From: Nesterenkonia sp. Act20
GTDB lineage: Bacteria; Actinomycetota; Actinomycetes; Actinomycetales; Micrococcaceae
Assembly: GCF_019173455.1 (NCBI RefSeq)
Contig: NZ_JADPQH010000001.1
Span: forward strand, 1,268,391 to 1,332,390
Direction: 5' to 3'
Length of the DNA: 64,000 nt
In this document: positions 54,123 to 64,000 of the stretch, piece by piece
Layout: every line of letters starts with the position of its first letter
Numbering within the stretch: position 1 is the stretch's first letter
The notes under the pieces: model-generated
Told to the model about the DNA's origin: nothing
The model's database searches: none
What the model saw: the letters and a program-made list of their open reading frames with translations, nothing else
Position numbers and translations under genes: made by a program

Positions 54123-56231
54123 TCACACCCACTCGGGCTTGTTCTCCTTCGCCACACGGGTCAGCACGTCATAGGTGGCCACGATCTCGTCATGCTGGTT
54201 GTGCAGCACCGTGTCCCAGCGGACCTCGCCGTAATCATCGGTCTCGCGCGGGATGATCTGCTTGGCGGTCAGGGTCACTCGGATCGAGTCGTCGTAGGTC
54301 ACCGGGGTCTGGAAGGAGAGGTTCTCCAGGCCGGTGTTCGCCAGCACCGGCCCCGGTGCCGGCTCCACGAAGAGCCCCGCAGCCCAGGCCACCAGCAGGT
54401 AGCCGTGCGCCACCCGGCGCGGGAAGAACGGGTTCGCGGTCGCGGCCTCTTCATTGGTGTGCGCGTAGAAGGTGTCTCCGGTGGACTCGGCGAAGGCGGT
54501 GATGTCCTCCAGCGCCACAGTGCGCAGGCCCGAGGCGAACTGGTCGCCGATGCGCAGCTCCGCCAGGGACTTGCGGAACGGGTGCACCGCCGTGCCCTCG
54601 GCCACCGTCTCCGGCGTCGCCGTGACGGCCTTCGCTCCGCGGTGCCAGACTCCGGTCACGCCGGTGAGGAGATCGGGCGAGCCCTGGACCGCGGTGCGCT
54701 GCATATAGTGCTTCACTGCGCGGATGCCGCCCAGCTCTTCGCCGCCCCCGGCCCGGCCGGGACCGCCGTGGACCAGATGCGGCAGCGGGGATCCGTGCCC
54801 GGTGGAGGTCTTCGCGTCGTCGCGGTCGAGGAAGAGCACCCGGCCGTGATGGGAGGCGATCCCCCGGGTGAACTCCGCGGCGATCTCCGGGTCGTGGGTG
54901 CAGACCGTTGCCACCAGGGAACCGCCGCCGAGCGCGGCGAGGTCAACGGCGTCGTCGATGTCGGCATAGCCGAGCACCGAGGTGACCGGCCCGAAGGCCT
55001 CGACCGAGTGCACCGCGGGGGTGCGGGGCTCGGCGAAGGAGAGCACGGTGGCCGGGAAGAATGCGCCCCGTGCAGCATCGGCCGAGCCGGTGCCTGATTC
55101 GGGTCCGCCCACCCGCACCGCGCCGCCGGCGCTGACCAGCGTGTCCACCGCCCGGGCGACCTCATCGCGCTGGTCGGTGGAGGCCAGCGGCCCCATCGTG
55201 GTGTCGGCGTCACGCGGATCACCGAGGACCACACGGGACTCGAGCCGGGCACGCAGCGCCTCCACCACAGGGTCCACCTGGGCGGAGGGCACGATGACGC
55301 GGCGGATGGCGGTGCACTTCTGTCCCGTCTTCGCGGTCATCTCCAGGGTCACCGACTTGATGAAGGCCTCGAACTCCACGGTGTCAGGCGCCGCATCGGG
55401 GCCGAGGATGGCGGCATTGAGCGAATCGGTCTCCGCGGTGAAGCGCACGCCCTGGTTCGCCACATTCTCATGGGAGCGCAGCAGCTGGGCGGTGTTCGCG
55501 GAACCGGTGAAGGCCACGTGATCTCGATGATCCAGGTGATCGAGCAGGTCGCGGGCGGATCCGGAGATCAGCTGCAGCGCACCGGCGGGGATCAGTCCGG
55601 AATCGATCATCAGCCGCACACAGGCCTGCGTGACATAGGCGGTCTGTGAGGCGGGCTTCACGATGGTCGGGACCCCGGCGATGAAGCTGGGGGCAAACTT
55701 CTCGAGCATCCCCCAGACGGGGAAGTTGAAGGCGTTGATCTGCACCGCGACACCGGTCAGCCTGGTGTAGATGTGTTCACCCAGGAAGGATCCGTCCCGG
55801 GAGAGCTGCTCCACCGCCCCGTCGACGATGACGTTCGCGTTCGGCAGCTCCTTGCGCCCCTTGGAGGAGAAGGTGCGGATCGTACCGATGCCGCCGTCGA
55901 CGTCGACCAGGTGGTCCCGACGCGTGGAGCCGGTCCGGTCGGAGAGCTCGTAGAGCTCCTCGCGGTGCTCGTGGAGGTAGGCCGCCAGGTGCTTGAGCCG
56001 CAGCGCACGCTGGTGGATCGTCAGCTGCCCCAGACTGGTCTGACCTGCCGAGCGGGCATGGGCGACGGCGGCCGCCGTGTCCACCCCCTCCGTGGAGACC
56101 TGGCAGACCGGCTCACCGGTGGACGCGTCGAGGATCTCGCTGACCCGCTCCGGGCTCTCCGGGGTCCACCAGGAGTCCTGGATGTAGCTGGGCAGCAGGC
56201 GCGGAGCCGCAGAAGTTTCAATGGCAGCCAT
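54123..56231 (-). CDS. paaZ: Bifunctional PaaZ (ALDH domain + MaoC-like hydratase: oxepin-CoA hydrolase / 3-oxo-5,6-dehydrosuberyl-CoA semialdehyde dehydrogenase)
   Basis: 702 aa; N-terminal ALDH fold, C-terminal MaoC hotdog (last ~150 aa). Confidence 0.8.
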   Translation of the reverse strand: MAAIETSAAPRLLPSYIQDSWWTPESPERVSEILDASTGEPVCQVSTEGVDTAAAVAHARSAGQTSLGQLTIHQRALRLKHLAAYLHEHREELYELSDRTGSTRRDHLVDVDGGIGTIRTFSSKGRKELPNANVIVDGAVEQLSRDGSFLGEHIYTRLTGVAVQINAFNFPVWGMLEKFAPSFIAGVPTIVKPASQTAYVTQACVRLMIDSGLIPAGALQLISGSARDLLDHLDHRDHVAFTGSANTAQLLRSHENVANQGVRFTAETDSLNAAILGPDAAPDTVEFEAFIKSVTLEMTAKTGQKCTAIRRVIVPSAQVDPVVEALRARLESRVVLGDPRDADTTMGPLASTDQRDEVARAVDTLVSAGGAVRVGGPESGTGSADAARGAFFPATVLSFAEPRTPAVHSVEAFGPVTSVLGYADIDDAVDLAALGGGSLVATVCTHDPEIAAEFTRGIASHHGRVLFLDRDDAKTSTGHGSPLPHLVHGGPGRAGGGEELGGIRAVKHYMQRTAVQGSPDLLTGVTGVWHRGAKAVTATPETVAEGTAVHPFRKSLAELRIGDQFASGLRTVALEDITAFAESTGDTFYAHTNEEAATANPFFPRRVAHGYLLVAWAAGLFVEPAPGPVLANTGLENLSFQTPVTYDDSIRVTLTAKQIIPRETDDYGEVRWDTVLHNQHDEIVATYDVLTRVAKENKPEWV

Positions 56232-56269
56232 GGGGTCCTCTCGATGAGCGTGGGACAGACCGGAGCAGA

Positions 56270-56292
56270 ACTGACCGATCGGTCGGTAATTT
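56270..56292. promoter_or_regulatory. PaaR-type operator-like motif upstream of paaZ
   Basis: actgaccgatcggtcggtaattt with near-perfect 14-bp palindrome TGACCGATCGGTCg, ~40 nt upstream of the paaZ start. Confidence 0.5.
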
Positions 56293-56356
56293 ATCCCATC
56301 CTAACGTGGGATCTCCGGATGTGACACCCCACACACAGCGCCAGCGGCGAGCCGGG

Positions 56357-57373
56357 TCAGCTCGCGAGATTCACCACGGTGCGGCCACGGACCTTGCCGG
56401 CGAGGATCTGCTCCGCCTGCTCGAACACCCCGTCCAGAGCGATCTCCTGGGTCATCTCATCCAGCAGCTCCAGGGGCAGGTCAGCGGCAAGCCGCGCCCA
56501 GGCCTCTTCGCGCAGCGACTGCGGCGCGGTCACCGAATTGATCCCGGCGAGCGTGACCCCGCGCAGGATGAACGGCATCACGGTGGTGGGCAGGTCGTGG
56601 CCCTGTGCGAGCCCGCAGCTGGTGACGGTGCCGCCGTCGTCGGTCTGGGAGAGGATGTTCGCCAGCGTGGCCGAACCGGCCGAATCCACGCCGCCCGCCC
56701 AGCGGCGCTTCTGCAGCGGGGCGCCGGGCTCGGCGAACTCCGCGCGGTCCAGCAGCGCGCTGGCACCGAGGCGACGGAGGTAATCGCCCTCGGTGTCCGC
56801 ACGCCCGGTCACCGCGCTCACCTGGTAGCCGAGCTTCGCCAGAAGTGCGATCGCCACCGATCCCACACCCCCGGCAGAACCGGTGACGACGACGGCGCCT
56901 GCCTCAGGCCGCACTCCCCCGCGCTCCAGCGCAAGCACCGAGAGCATCGCGGTGAACCCTGCTGTGCCGATGGCGGCGGCCCGGCGCGGGGTCAGCCCCG
57001 CGGGGAGCCTCACCAGGTGCTGACCCGACACGCGGGCCCGCTGCGCGAGGCCACCGTGGGCCGACTCCCCGATGCCGCCACCGGTGAGCACCACCTCGTC
57101 ACCGATGTCGAACTGCGGGTCCCCCGAGGCGGTCACCTTCCCGACCAGATCGATGCCGGGGATCAGCGGAGAGGTGCGGGCGACCCCCGGCTTGCCCGCC
57201 AGAGCAAGCCCGTCCTTGTAGTTGATCCCGGAGTAGTGGACGTCGATGTCCACCGGGGCGTCGCCGCCGGAGTCGGCGAGGAAATCTTCCTCGAGATCGA
57301 TCAGTTCTGCCTGATGCTCCTGGACTCGGCCCTTGTTCAGGGTCTGCTGGATCAGTGCTGCGCGAAAGGTCAT
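56357..57373 (-). CDS. MDR-superfamily NADPH:quinone/acrylyl-CoA reductase-like oxidoreductase (YhdH/AcuI family)
   Basis: 338 aa; zinc-free MDR pattern (VVTGSAGGVGS Rossmann). Confidence 0.65.
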   Translation of the reverse strand: MTFRAALIQQTLNKGRVQEHQAELIDLEEDFLADSGGDAPVDIDVHYSGINYKDGLALAGKPGVARTSPLIPGIDLVGKVTASGDPQFDIGDEVVLTGGGIGESAHGGLAQRARVSGQHLVRLPAGLTPRRAAAIGTAGFTAMLSVLALERGGVRPEAGAVVVTGSAGGVGSVAIALLAKLGYQVSAVTGRADTEGDYLRRLGASALLDRAEFAEPGAPLQKRRWAGGVDSAGSATLANILSQTDDGGTVTSCGLAQGHDLPTTVMPFILRGVTLAGINSVTAPQSLREEAWARLAADLPLELLDEMTQEIALDGVFEQAEQILAGKVRGRTVVNLAS

Positions 57374-57867
57374 GACTGCCTCCTTGGCATTGGGTGCTCA
57401 TGCTGAGTGTGGTCGTCGAAGATCAACGCCGTCTGTGAGGACTGGACGCAGGCCAGGGACTGGATCCGCTCGAAGATCACCCGGCGAAGCTCCTCCACGG
57501 TCCGGGTGCGGACCAGCAGTACGGCGTCGTACTGTCCTCCCACCAGGGCCAGGTGCCGCACCGCAGGCTCATCGGCGAGCGCGCCGCGCAGCACCTCCCA
57601 GTCATCCTGCTTCAGCGTGAGGAAGACATAGGCGGCAGTGGCCATCCCGGCGGCGCGGGAATCGATCACGGCGGTGTAGCCCTCGAGCACTCCCGATCGA
57701 CGCAGGCGAGAGATGCGCTCGTAGGCGTTGGCGCGGGAGAGGTGGAGCCCGGCGGCGATGGCCGAGACCGACTGACGGGCGTCCACACTGAGCGCATGCA
57801 GGATCCGGTGATCCACTGAGTCCAGTGAGATGTCGCGTTCTGTCGGTCTGTCTCGTCCCTGGCCCAT
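57370..57867 (-). CDS. Lrp/AsnC-family transcriptional regulator
   Basis: 165 aa; N-terminal HTH (LDSVDHRILHALSVDARQSVSAIA) plus RAM domain; ATGA overlap with the downstream gene. Confidence 0.8.
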   Translation of the reverse strand: MGQGRDRPTERDISLDSVDHRILHALSVDARQSVSAIAAGLHLSRANAYERISRLRRSGVLEGYTAVIDSRAAGMATAAYVFLTLKQDDWEVLRGALADEPAVRHLALVGGQYDAVLLVRTRTVEELRRVIFERIQSLACVQSSQTALIFDDHTQHEHPMPRRQS

Positions 57868-58050
57868 AGTTCTGGACGATACCAGCGTTGCCGCATCTCA
57901 ATCATGCAGTTCGTCCAGCCTCAGCCTCCTCGCGGCAGACCCTGTCTCGGATCCGCGGCGCGGATAGCTCAATGCAGGTGAGCTCAGCCACACTCATACC
58001 AAGAGTGTGATGCACCACACGTGCCATTGACGTCTTTTGAGGAGGCTGGG

Positions 58051-59236
58051 CATGACCAGCGACACAGCGCCGGGGTCCACCGAACAGGGCTCCCACATCC
58101 GGGACACCAGCAGCAGCTTCGGGATCACGCCGGAGCAGTACATGCTCCCGGCTGCCCAGCAGATTCGCATGCTCGGCCCCGACGGGAGACTGATCCCCGA
58201 GGAGGAGCAGGGCACCAGCCCGGGACACGAGTACCCGATCCCGGAAGACGACGCGCTGCTTGCAGCCTATGAGGCGCTGGTGGTGGGCCGCCGCGTCAAT
58301 GACCAGAACTACGCCCTGGTCCGGCAGGGTCGGCTCGCCGTCTACCCCTCCTCCCACGGCCAGGAGGCCTGCCAGGTCGGGGCCGCGCTCGCATTGGGCG
58401 ACGGGGACTGGATGTTCCCCACCTACCGCGACACTGTGGCCACCATCAGCCGCGGCGTCGACCCGTTGGAGGTCATGGTCTCGTTCCGCGGGGACTGGCA
58501 CTGCGGCTACGACCCGCTGCAGTACAAGATCTCGGCGATGTCGACCCCGCTGACCACCCAGCTGCTGCATGCAGTCGGGGTCGCCCATGCGGCCAAGCTG
58601 CGCGGGGAGGACACCGTGGTCCTGGCCATGTGCGGCGACGGCGCCACCAGTGAAGGCGATTTCCATGAAGCGCTGAACTTCGCCGCCGTCTTCGAGGTCC
58701 CAGTCGTCTTCTTCGTGCAGAACAACGGCTACGCCATCTCGGTGCCGCTCTCACATCAGACCGCCGCCCCCTCGCTGGCTCACAAGGCGATCGGCTATGG
58801 AATGGCCGGTGAGCAGGTCGACGGCAATGACATGGTGGCCGTGCTGGCCACGCTGCGCCGCGCCGTCGACCTCGCTCGCAAGAATTCGATGCCGCTTCTG
58901 CTCGAGGCCATCACCTACCGCATGCAGGCCCACACCAACGCCGACGACGACTCCCGCTACCGCGAGTCCGATGAGGTCGAGCAGTGGAAGCAGCGCGATC
59001 CGCTGCAGCGCATGCGCACCTTCCTCACCGATCGCGGCGTGCTCGATGAGAACGCGGAGACCCGCATCAGCGGCAAGGCCGAGGAGGTCGCCGCGGCCCT
59101 GCGGCTCGCCATGACCACCGAACCGGCCATGGACCCGCTGGAGATCTTCGACCACGTCTATTCCGCTCCCACCGCCCAGCTGCGCGAACAGCGCGCCCAG
59201 CTGGCCGATGAGCTCGCTCGAAACCAGGAGGGCTGA
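58051..59236 (+). CDS. 2-oxoacid dehydrogenase E1 component alpha subunit (branched-chain/pyruvate type, TPP)
   Basis: Start at MTSDTAPG after GAGGAGG; TPP-binding GDGATSEGDFHEALNFAAV motif. Confidence 0.8.
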
Positions 59237-59239
59237 CCC

Positions 59240-60316
59240 ATGGCCACCACGACCACCACGCCCGCAGCGGCCGAGACCGCGACGGCCGCCAAGCCCACCA
59301 CCTTCGCCGCAGCGCTGAACACTGCGATGTCCGATGCCATGGAGCGCGAGGCCTCGGTCTGCGTCTTCGGCGAGGACGTCGGCACGCTCGGCGGTGTCTT
59401 CCGCATCACCGACGGGCTGACCCAGCGCTTCGGCAAGGGCCGCTGCTTCGACACTCCGTTGGCCGAATCGGGCATCGCCGGCATGGCCATGGGCATGGCG
59501 ATGAACGGCATGCGCCCGGTCATCGAGATGCAGTTCGACGCCTTCGCCTATCCGGCGCTGGAACAGATCTTCAGCCACATCGCCAAGACCGCGAACCGCT
59601 CCCGCGGGCGGGTCCGCCTGCCCATGGTCATACGCATCCCCTACGGCGGCGGAGTCGGCGGGGTGGAGCACCACTGCGACTCCTCCGAGGCCTACTACGC
59701 GCACACTCCCGGGCTGAAGATCTACACCCCGGCCACCGTGAGCGACGCCTACCTGATGCTGCGCGAGGCCATCGACTCCCCCGATCCCGTGGTCTTCTTC
59801 GAGCCGAAGAAGCTCTACTGGACCAAGGAGAGCGTGGATCTCAGCGCGCTGCGAACCCAGTACGAGTCCGCCGCAGAGGATTCCACGACGCCGGCCGCCG
59901 GAGTCGGAGCCGAGGGCCGCGCCGTCGTCGTCCGGGAGGGCACCGACGTCTCCTTCATCAGCTACGGGCCCAGTGTGTCCACCGCGCTCAAGGCTGCCGA
60001 GGCCGCCGCAGAGGACGGGATCTCTGCGGAGGTCCTGGACCTGCGCAGCATCGTCCCTTTCGACGACGCCGCCCTGGCCGCCACGGTGGCCAAGACCGGA
60101 CGCGCGATCGTGATCGCCGAGGCGCAGGGCTTCGTGTCCGTGGCCTCGGAGATCGTCGCCCGGATCCAGGAGCGCAGCTTCCATTCGCTCTCCTCCCCGG
60201 TCAAGCGCGTGACCGGCTTCGACATTCCGTATCCGTCGCCGAAGCTCGAGGAGCACCACCTGCCCAGCGTGGACCGCATCCTGGACGCTCTCGACGAACT
60301 GCAGTGGGAGGACTGA
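59240..60316 (+). CDS. 2-oxoacid dehydrogenase E1 component beta subunit
   Basis: 358 aa transketolase-like pyrimidine-binding and C-terminal domains. Confidence 0.8.
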   Translation: MATTTTTPAAAETATAAKPTTFAAALNTAMSDAMEREASVCVFGEDVGTLGGVFRITDGLTQRFGKGRCFDTPLAESGIAGMAMGMAMNGMRPVIEMQFDAFAYPALEQIFSHIAKTANRSRGRVRLPMVIRIPYGGGVGGVEHHCDSSEAYYAHTPGLKIYTPATVSDAYLMLREAIDSPDPVVFFEPKKLYWTKESVDLSALRTQYESAAEDSTTPAAGVGAEGRAVVVREGTDVSFISYGPSVSTALKAAEAAAEDGISAEVLDLRSIVPFDDAALAATVAKTGRAIVIAEAQGFVSVASEIVARIQERSFHSLSSPVKRVTGFDIPYPSPKLEEHHLPSVDRILDALDELQWED

Positions 60317-60317
60317 G

Positions 60318-61859
60318 ATGACCACGTTCAATCTGCCCGATCTGGGCGAAGGACTCACTGAGGCCACGCTGCTGAGCTGGCTGGTGGCCGAGGGCGAGAC
60401 GATCGTGGTGGACCAGCCCATCGCCGAGGTCGAGACCGCGAAATCCGCGATCGAGGTCCCCTCCCCGTATGCCGGAGTCGTCACCACGCTCCACGGCGCC
60501 GTGGGCGAGACCATGATCGTCGACCAGCCGCTGATCACTGTGGACGGCGAGGGTGCCGAGGGCGGTGCCACCGACTCCAGCGATGATGCCGCCCCGACCG
60601 GTGCCGCTGAGGATGCCGGAGCGCTGAGCTACCGTGAGGAGGAGCGCGCCGGCACCACCCCCGCCACCGGGGACGTCTCCCACCCCGAGGAAGGTTCCTC
60701 CGGTGAGGAGGACGAGGGATCGGGCAACGTCCTGATCGGCTACGGCACCTCCACCTCCTCGAACAGCCGACGACGACGCCGGCGCAACGGTGCTGTGCGC
60801 CAGACCGACGCCGCCGGCAGCGGTGAGAACACGCCGGCGGGTCCCGCCGTCCCGACCGCCCAGCAGAAGGCCCCTCGGGTCTCCTCCCCGCTGGTGCGCC
60901 GCCTCGCACGGGAGCACTCCGTTGCACTGAGCGAACTCAGCGGTTCCGGCCCGGACGGAATGATCCTGCGCGCCGATGTGCAGGCAGCGATCAGTGTCTC
61001 CTCGAAGCAGGACGCAACCGCTGCGCAGAGCATTCCAGCAGCGGATCGGGCTGCGACCACCGGGGCTCCGGCGGCGTCTTCGAAGACCGCCGCGGCCCCT
61101 AAGGCAGCAGCCGGCTCCACGACGGCGGCCGCTCCCGGGGGTCTCGAGGTGCGCGAGCGCGTCCCGATGTCCGGGATGCGCAAGGCCGTGGCCACCACCC
61201 TGTCCCGCTCACGTCGCGAGATCCCCGAGGCGACCGTCTGGCAGGACGTGGACATGACCGAGGTCCTCGCCCTGCGTGCCCGCCTCAAGGAACAGGCGGC
61301 CAAGGACGGCGGCGCGGCACCCTCGTTGCTCGCTCTGCTGAGTCGATTCGTGCTGGCCGGGCTCTCGCGCTATCCGGATCTTGCCACCCGGCTCGAGGAG
61401 CGCGAGGACGGCGGTCAGGAGATCGTGCACTTCGACGGGGTGAACCTCGGGTTTGCGGCGCAGACTCCGGGCGGTCTGGTGGTGCCGGTGATCCGGCACG
61501 CCGAACGGCTCTCGGCCCGGGGGCTGCACACCGAGATCGGACGGCTCGTCGGCGAGGCTCGCGAGGGGTCGATCTCTGGCAAGGAGCTCACCGGGGGGAC
61601 CTTCACGGTGAACAACTACGGGGTCTTCGGCTCGGACGGGGCCACGCCGATCATCAACCATCCAGAGGTGGGCATCCTGGGCATCGGTCGAATCCTGGAC
61701 CGCGCCTGGGCCGTCAACGGGGAGCTGGCAGTGCGCAAGGTCGCGACGCTGACCATCGCCTTCGACCACCGGGTGTGCGACGGCGGCACCGCCGGTGGGT
61801 TCCTCAACTTCGTGGCGACCTGCCTGGAGGACCCATCCTCCGCGCTGGCTGATCTGTAG
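60318..61859 (+). CDS. Dihydrolipoamide acyltransferase E2 (lipoyl domain, E3-binding domain, catalytic domain)
   Basis: 513 aa; lipoyl-Lys motif VETAKSAIEV, PSBD (SPLVRRLAREHSV), catalytic DHRVCDG. Confidence 0.85.
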   Translation: MTTFNLPDLGEGLTEATLLSWLVAEGETIVVDQPIAEVETAKSAIEVPSPYAGVVTTLHGAVGETMIVDQPLITVDGEGAEGGATDSSDDAAPTGAAEDAGALSYREEERAGTTPATGDVSHPEEGSSGEEDEGSGNVLIGYGTSTSSNSRRRRRRNGAVRQTDAAGSGENTPAGPAVPTAQQKAPRVSSPLVRRLAREHSVALSELSGSGPDGMILRADVQAAISVSSKQDATAAQSIPAADRAATTGAPAASSKTAAAPKAAAGSTTAAAPGGLEVRERVPMSGMRKAVATTLSRSRREIPEATVWQDVDMTEVLALRARLKEQAAKDGGAAPSLLALLSRFVLAGLSRYPDLATRLEEREDGGQEIVHFDGVNLGFAAQTPGGLVVPVIRHAERLSARGLHTEIGRLVGEAREGSISGKELTGGTFTVNNYGVFGSDGATPIINHPEVGILGIGRILDRAWAVNGELAVRKVATLTIAFDHRVCDGGTAGGFLNFVATCLEDPSSALADL

Positions 61860-61890
61860 CGCTGACTCTGCCCGCAGAGCTGAGCAAGGA

Positions 61891-61927
61891 GGGGCCGGCG
61901 TCGACAGGGGCTGTCGATGCCGGCCCC
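61891..61927 (+). terminator. Stem-loop terminator after the E2 gene
   Basis: ggggccggcgtcgacag-ggg-ctgtcgatgccggcccc followed by tgctcttcgtctc. Confidence 0.5.
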
Positions 61928-62008
61928 TGCTCTTCGTCTCAGGAGATGCGGTGCAGGCCGCGGGGTAGTAGGAATGGAGGCTCGTGGACGAACCTTCGAG
62001 GAGTCAGC

Positions 62009-62899
62009 ATGACCGACGACCCCAGCACACACCCCAGCGCACCCCCCGACGCACCCCGCCGCTATGCTCAGCCCGCGGCGTATCAGTCACGTCCCGGTTC
62101 ACCGCTCGATCTCGATCGCGGCTTCTACTCGGGTATGGCCGCGGCAGACCGCACGCTCACCCAGGAGTTTGAGATCCCGGTCCGTTCTGCGCAGGCATGG
62201 GAGGTCAAGGCAGGGTCGATCGTGCGAATCCATGCGGTGGAAGGGCCTCAGGTCGGTGACCTGAATCTCTGGAACCTGCACAACCCTCGCGAACATTTCT
62301 GGGCGGCGCGGACCCGGCAGCTGCAGCGCGCGTCGATGACCACCTATGACCGCTTCTGGTCCACGCTGCCGTACCTGCGGCCCATGGCGACCGTGGTCGG
62401 GGACTCTCTGGCCGATCATCCCGACGCCGAGGTCATCCATGACCTCTTGGGCACGCGCTGTGATCCCTATGTCAATCGCATGCTGAGCGGGGAGGACTTC
62501 GATCTGCACTGTCATTCGAACCTCACACGGGCGGTGCTGGATCATGGCCTCGCCGAATCCGACATCCACGATGTGCTCAACGTCTTCCAGTTCGCGGGCC
62601 TGAACGAGAAGCGCGAGTACTTCATGGACACCTGTCCCACGCAGCCCGGCGACTTCTTCGAGTTCTTCGCCGAGATCGACCTGCTCTGTGCACTCTCCAC
62701 CTGCCCGGGCGGAGATCTCTCCATGCACATGTGGGGACCGGAGGCGGCGACCCCGCAGGAGCAGCTGGAGCACTGTCACCCGCTCGGCGTCCAGGTCTTC
62801 TCCGTGGCCGAGGATGCGCTCCGCGGCTGGGCACAGCCGCAGACCGCAGCGTATCGCGGCAAGAACGGTCGCCACGGGCTGCAGCGGCACTCCGCCTAG
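62009..62899 (+). CDS. DUF1989-family protein (urea-carboxylase-associated-like)
   Basis: Start at MTDDPST after GAGGAG; conserved DUF1989 blocks (GDLNLWN, HCHSNL, FFAEIDLLCALSTCPGGD). Confidence 0.6.
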   Translation: MTDDPSTHPSAPPDAPRRYAQPAAYQSRPGSPLDLDRGFYSGMAAADRTLTQEFEIPVRSAQAWEVKAGSIVRIHAVEGPQVGDLNLWNLHNPREHFWAARTRQLQRASMTTYDRFWSTLPYLRPMATVVGDSLADHPDAEVIHDLLGTRCDPYVNRMLSGEDFDLHCHSNLTRAVLDHGLAESDIHDVLNVFQFAGLNEKREYFMDTCPTQPGDFFEFFAEIDLLCALSTCPGGDLSMHMWGPEAATPQEQLEHCHPLGVQVFSVAEDALRGWAQPQTAAYRGKNGRHGLQRHSA

Positions 62900-62947
62900 A
62901 ACTCGAGCTTCATCCTGCCTAGAACTGGGAGAAGACCACGTGAGACA

Positions 62948-62988
62948 CGAGCGGGCCCGGGGCGATCAGAGATCACCCCGGGCCCGCT
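62948..62988. terminator. Bidirectional stem-loop between convergent DUF1989 and glpK genes
   Basis: gagcgggcccgggg-cgatcagagatca-ccccgggcccgctc (14-bp perfect stem). Confidence 0.55.
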
Positions 62989-63016
62989 CCACTCACCTGA
63001 ATCAGGTGGCTGCTGA

Positions 63017-64000
63017 TTACTTGACGTCGTCGTCCACCCAGTCGAAGGTCCGCGTCACGGCCTTCTTCCAGAGTCGCAGCTGACGGTCGCGCTCTGCCTC
63101 GTCCATGGCAGGCTCCCAGCGCTTGTCCTCGGCCCAATTGGCCGCCAACTCGTCCGTGTCATTCCAGAAGCCCACCGCGAGACCCGCAGCGTAGGCCGCG
63201 CCCAGCGCTGTGGTCTCGGTGACCTTCGGACGGACCACGGGAATGCCGAGGATATCGGCCTGGAACTGCATCAGGGCGTCGTTGGCCACCATGCCGCCGT
63301 CGACCCTCAGGTCCTCCATGTCGACCCCGGAGTCGGCATTTGCGGCATCCAGCACCTCGCGGGTCTGGAAGGCAGTGGCCTCCAGGGCTGCACGGGCGAT
63401 GTGACCCTTGTTCACGAAGCGTGTCAGGCCCACGATGGCTCCTCGCGCCTCGCCGCGCCAGTAGGGAGCGAACAGACCCGAGAACGCCGGCACGACGTAC
63501 ACGCCACCGTTGTCCTTGACGGACTTGGCCAGCTGCTCCACCTCCGGGGCCGTCTTGATGAAGCCCAGGTTGTCGCGCAGCCACTGGATCAACGATCCGG
63601 TCACCGCGATGGAGCCTTCCAGGGCGTAGACCGGCTTGGCATCACCGAGCTTGTAGCAGACCGTGGTCAGCAGTCCGTTCTCCGAGCGGACGATCTCCTC
63701 ACCGGTATTGACGATCAGGAAGTTGCCGGTCCCATAGGTGTTCTTGGCACCGCCCTTTTCGAACGCAGCCTGCCCGAAGGTGGCGGCCTGCTGGTCGCCC
63801 AGGATTCCGGCCACCGGGGTCTCGCGCAGCAGCTGCGCGCCGTGGACCTTGCCATAGACCTCGGAGGATGACTTGATCTCCGGCAGCATCGAAAGCGGCA
63901 CACCGAAAGCCTCCAGGATGTCTTCATCCCAGGTGAGCGTCTCGATGTCCATGAACATGGTTCGGGAGGCGTTGGTGACATCGGTGATGTGCACACCACC
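63017..64000 (-). CDS. glpK: Glycerol kinase, C-terminal ~325 aa (gene continues beyond window end)
   Basis: FGGY-kinase C-terminal domain; [45 protein letters not shown] motifs. Confidence 0.85.
   Translation of the reverse strand, partial: GGVHITDVTNASRTMFMDIETLTWDEDILEAFGVPLSMLPEIKSSSEVYGKVHGAQLLRETPVAGILGDQQAATFGQAAFEKGGAKNTYGTGNFLIVNTGEEIVRSENGLLTTVCYKLGDAKPVYALEGSIAVTGSLIQWLRDNLGFIKTAPEVEQLAKSVKDNGGVYVVPAFSGLFAPYWRGEARGAIVGLTRFVNKGHIARAALEATAFQTREVLDAANADSGVDMEDLRVDGGMVANDALMQFQADILGIPVVRPKVTETTALGAAYAAGLAVGFWNDTDELAANWAEDKRWEPAMDEAERDRQLRLWKKAVTRTFDWVDDDVK

Noticed and set aside
1-64000. Mobile elements, prophage, defence systems (RM, TA, CRISPR, retron, BREX/Abi)
   Set aside because: No transposase, integrase, recombinase, phage structural, nuclease/helicase/methyltransferase or toxin-like ORF found in any frame. 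The only mobile-like signal is the non-coding palindromic repeat family, which is reported as a finding.

Overview
High-GC actinobacterial chromosomal segment, about two-thirds G+C by eye; the gene content looks Micrococcales-like but the organism cannot be named from the sequence alone. It is a metabolic 'accessory' region with no transposase, integrase or CRISPR array. Gene content, start to end: (1) a very long minus-strand purine-catabolism supercluster (~1-19.5 kb). It holds an amidohydrolase/deaminase, XdhC, a single-polypeptide FAD-[2Fe-2S]-Moco xanthine-dehydrogenase-family enzyme, MocA, allantoinase, an NCS2 permease, urate oxidase, HIU hydrolase, RpiR, allantoate amidohydrolase, a PucG-like aminotransferase, OHCU decarboxylase, an AS amidase and a formamidase-like enzyme, most of them joined by ATGA/TTGA stop-start overlaps. 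(2) metY-metX behind a SAM-IV riboswitch. (3) Two tandem paralogous Cys-lipoprotein genes bracketed by two copies of a ~75-bp A-tract/palindrome/T-tract element; two more, near-perfect copies of this element sit at convergent intergenic sites (44.2 kb and 52.4 kb). This repeat family and the bracketed cassette are the most novel signals in the window. (4) A phenylacetate catabolon split into three loci (paaI-paaK-paaR; paaABCDE-paaG; paaZ), each preceded by a shared PaaR-type operator motif. (5) Assorted modules: flotillin/SPFH, MerR-MFS, AraC-GMC oxidoreductase-ALDH, a sugar ABC operon with GH13 glucosidase plus CN-hydrolase plus HisD-like dehydrogenase, LysR, a membrane sulfatase, BCKDH E1a/E1b/E2, DUF1989 and a partial glpK. 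One tRNA-Ser(GCU). Many long ORFs in the six-frame track are antisense artefacts of high GC and are rejected.
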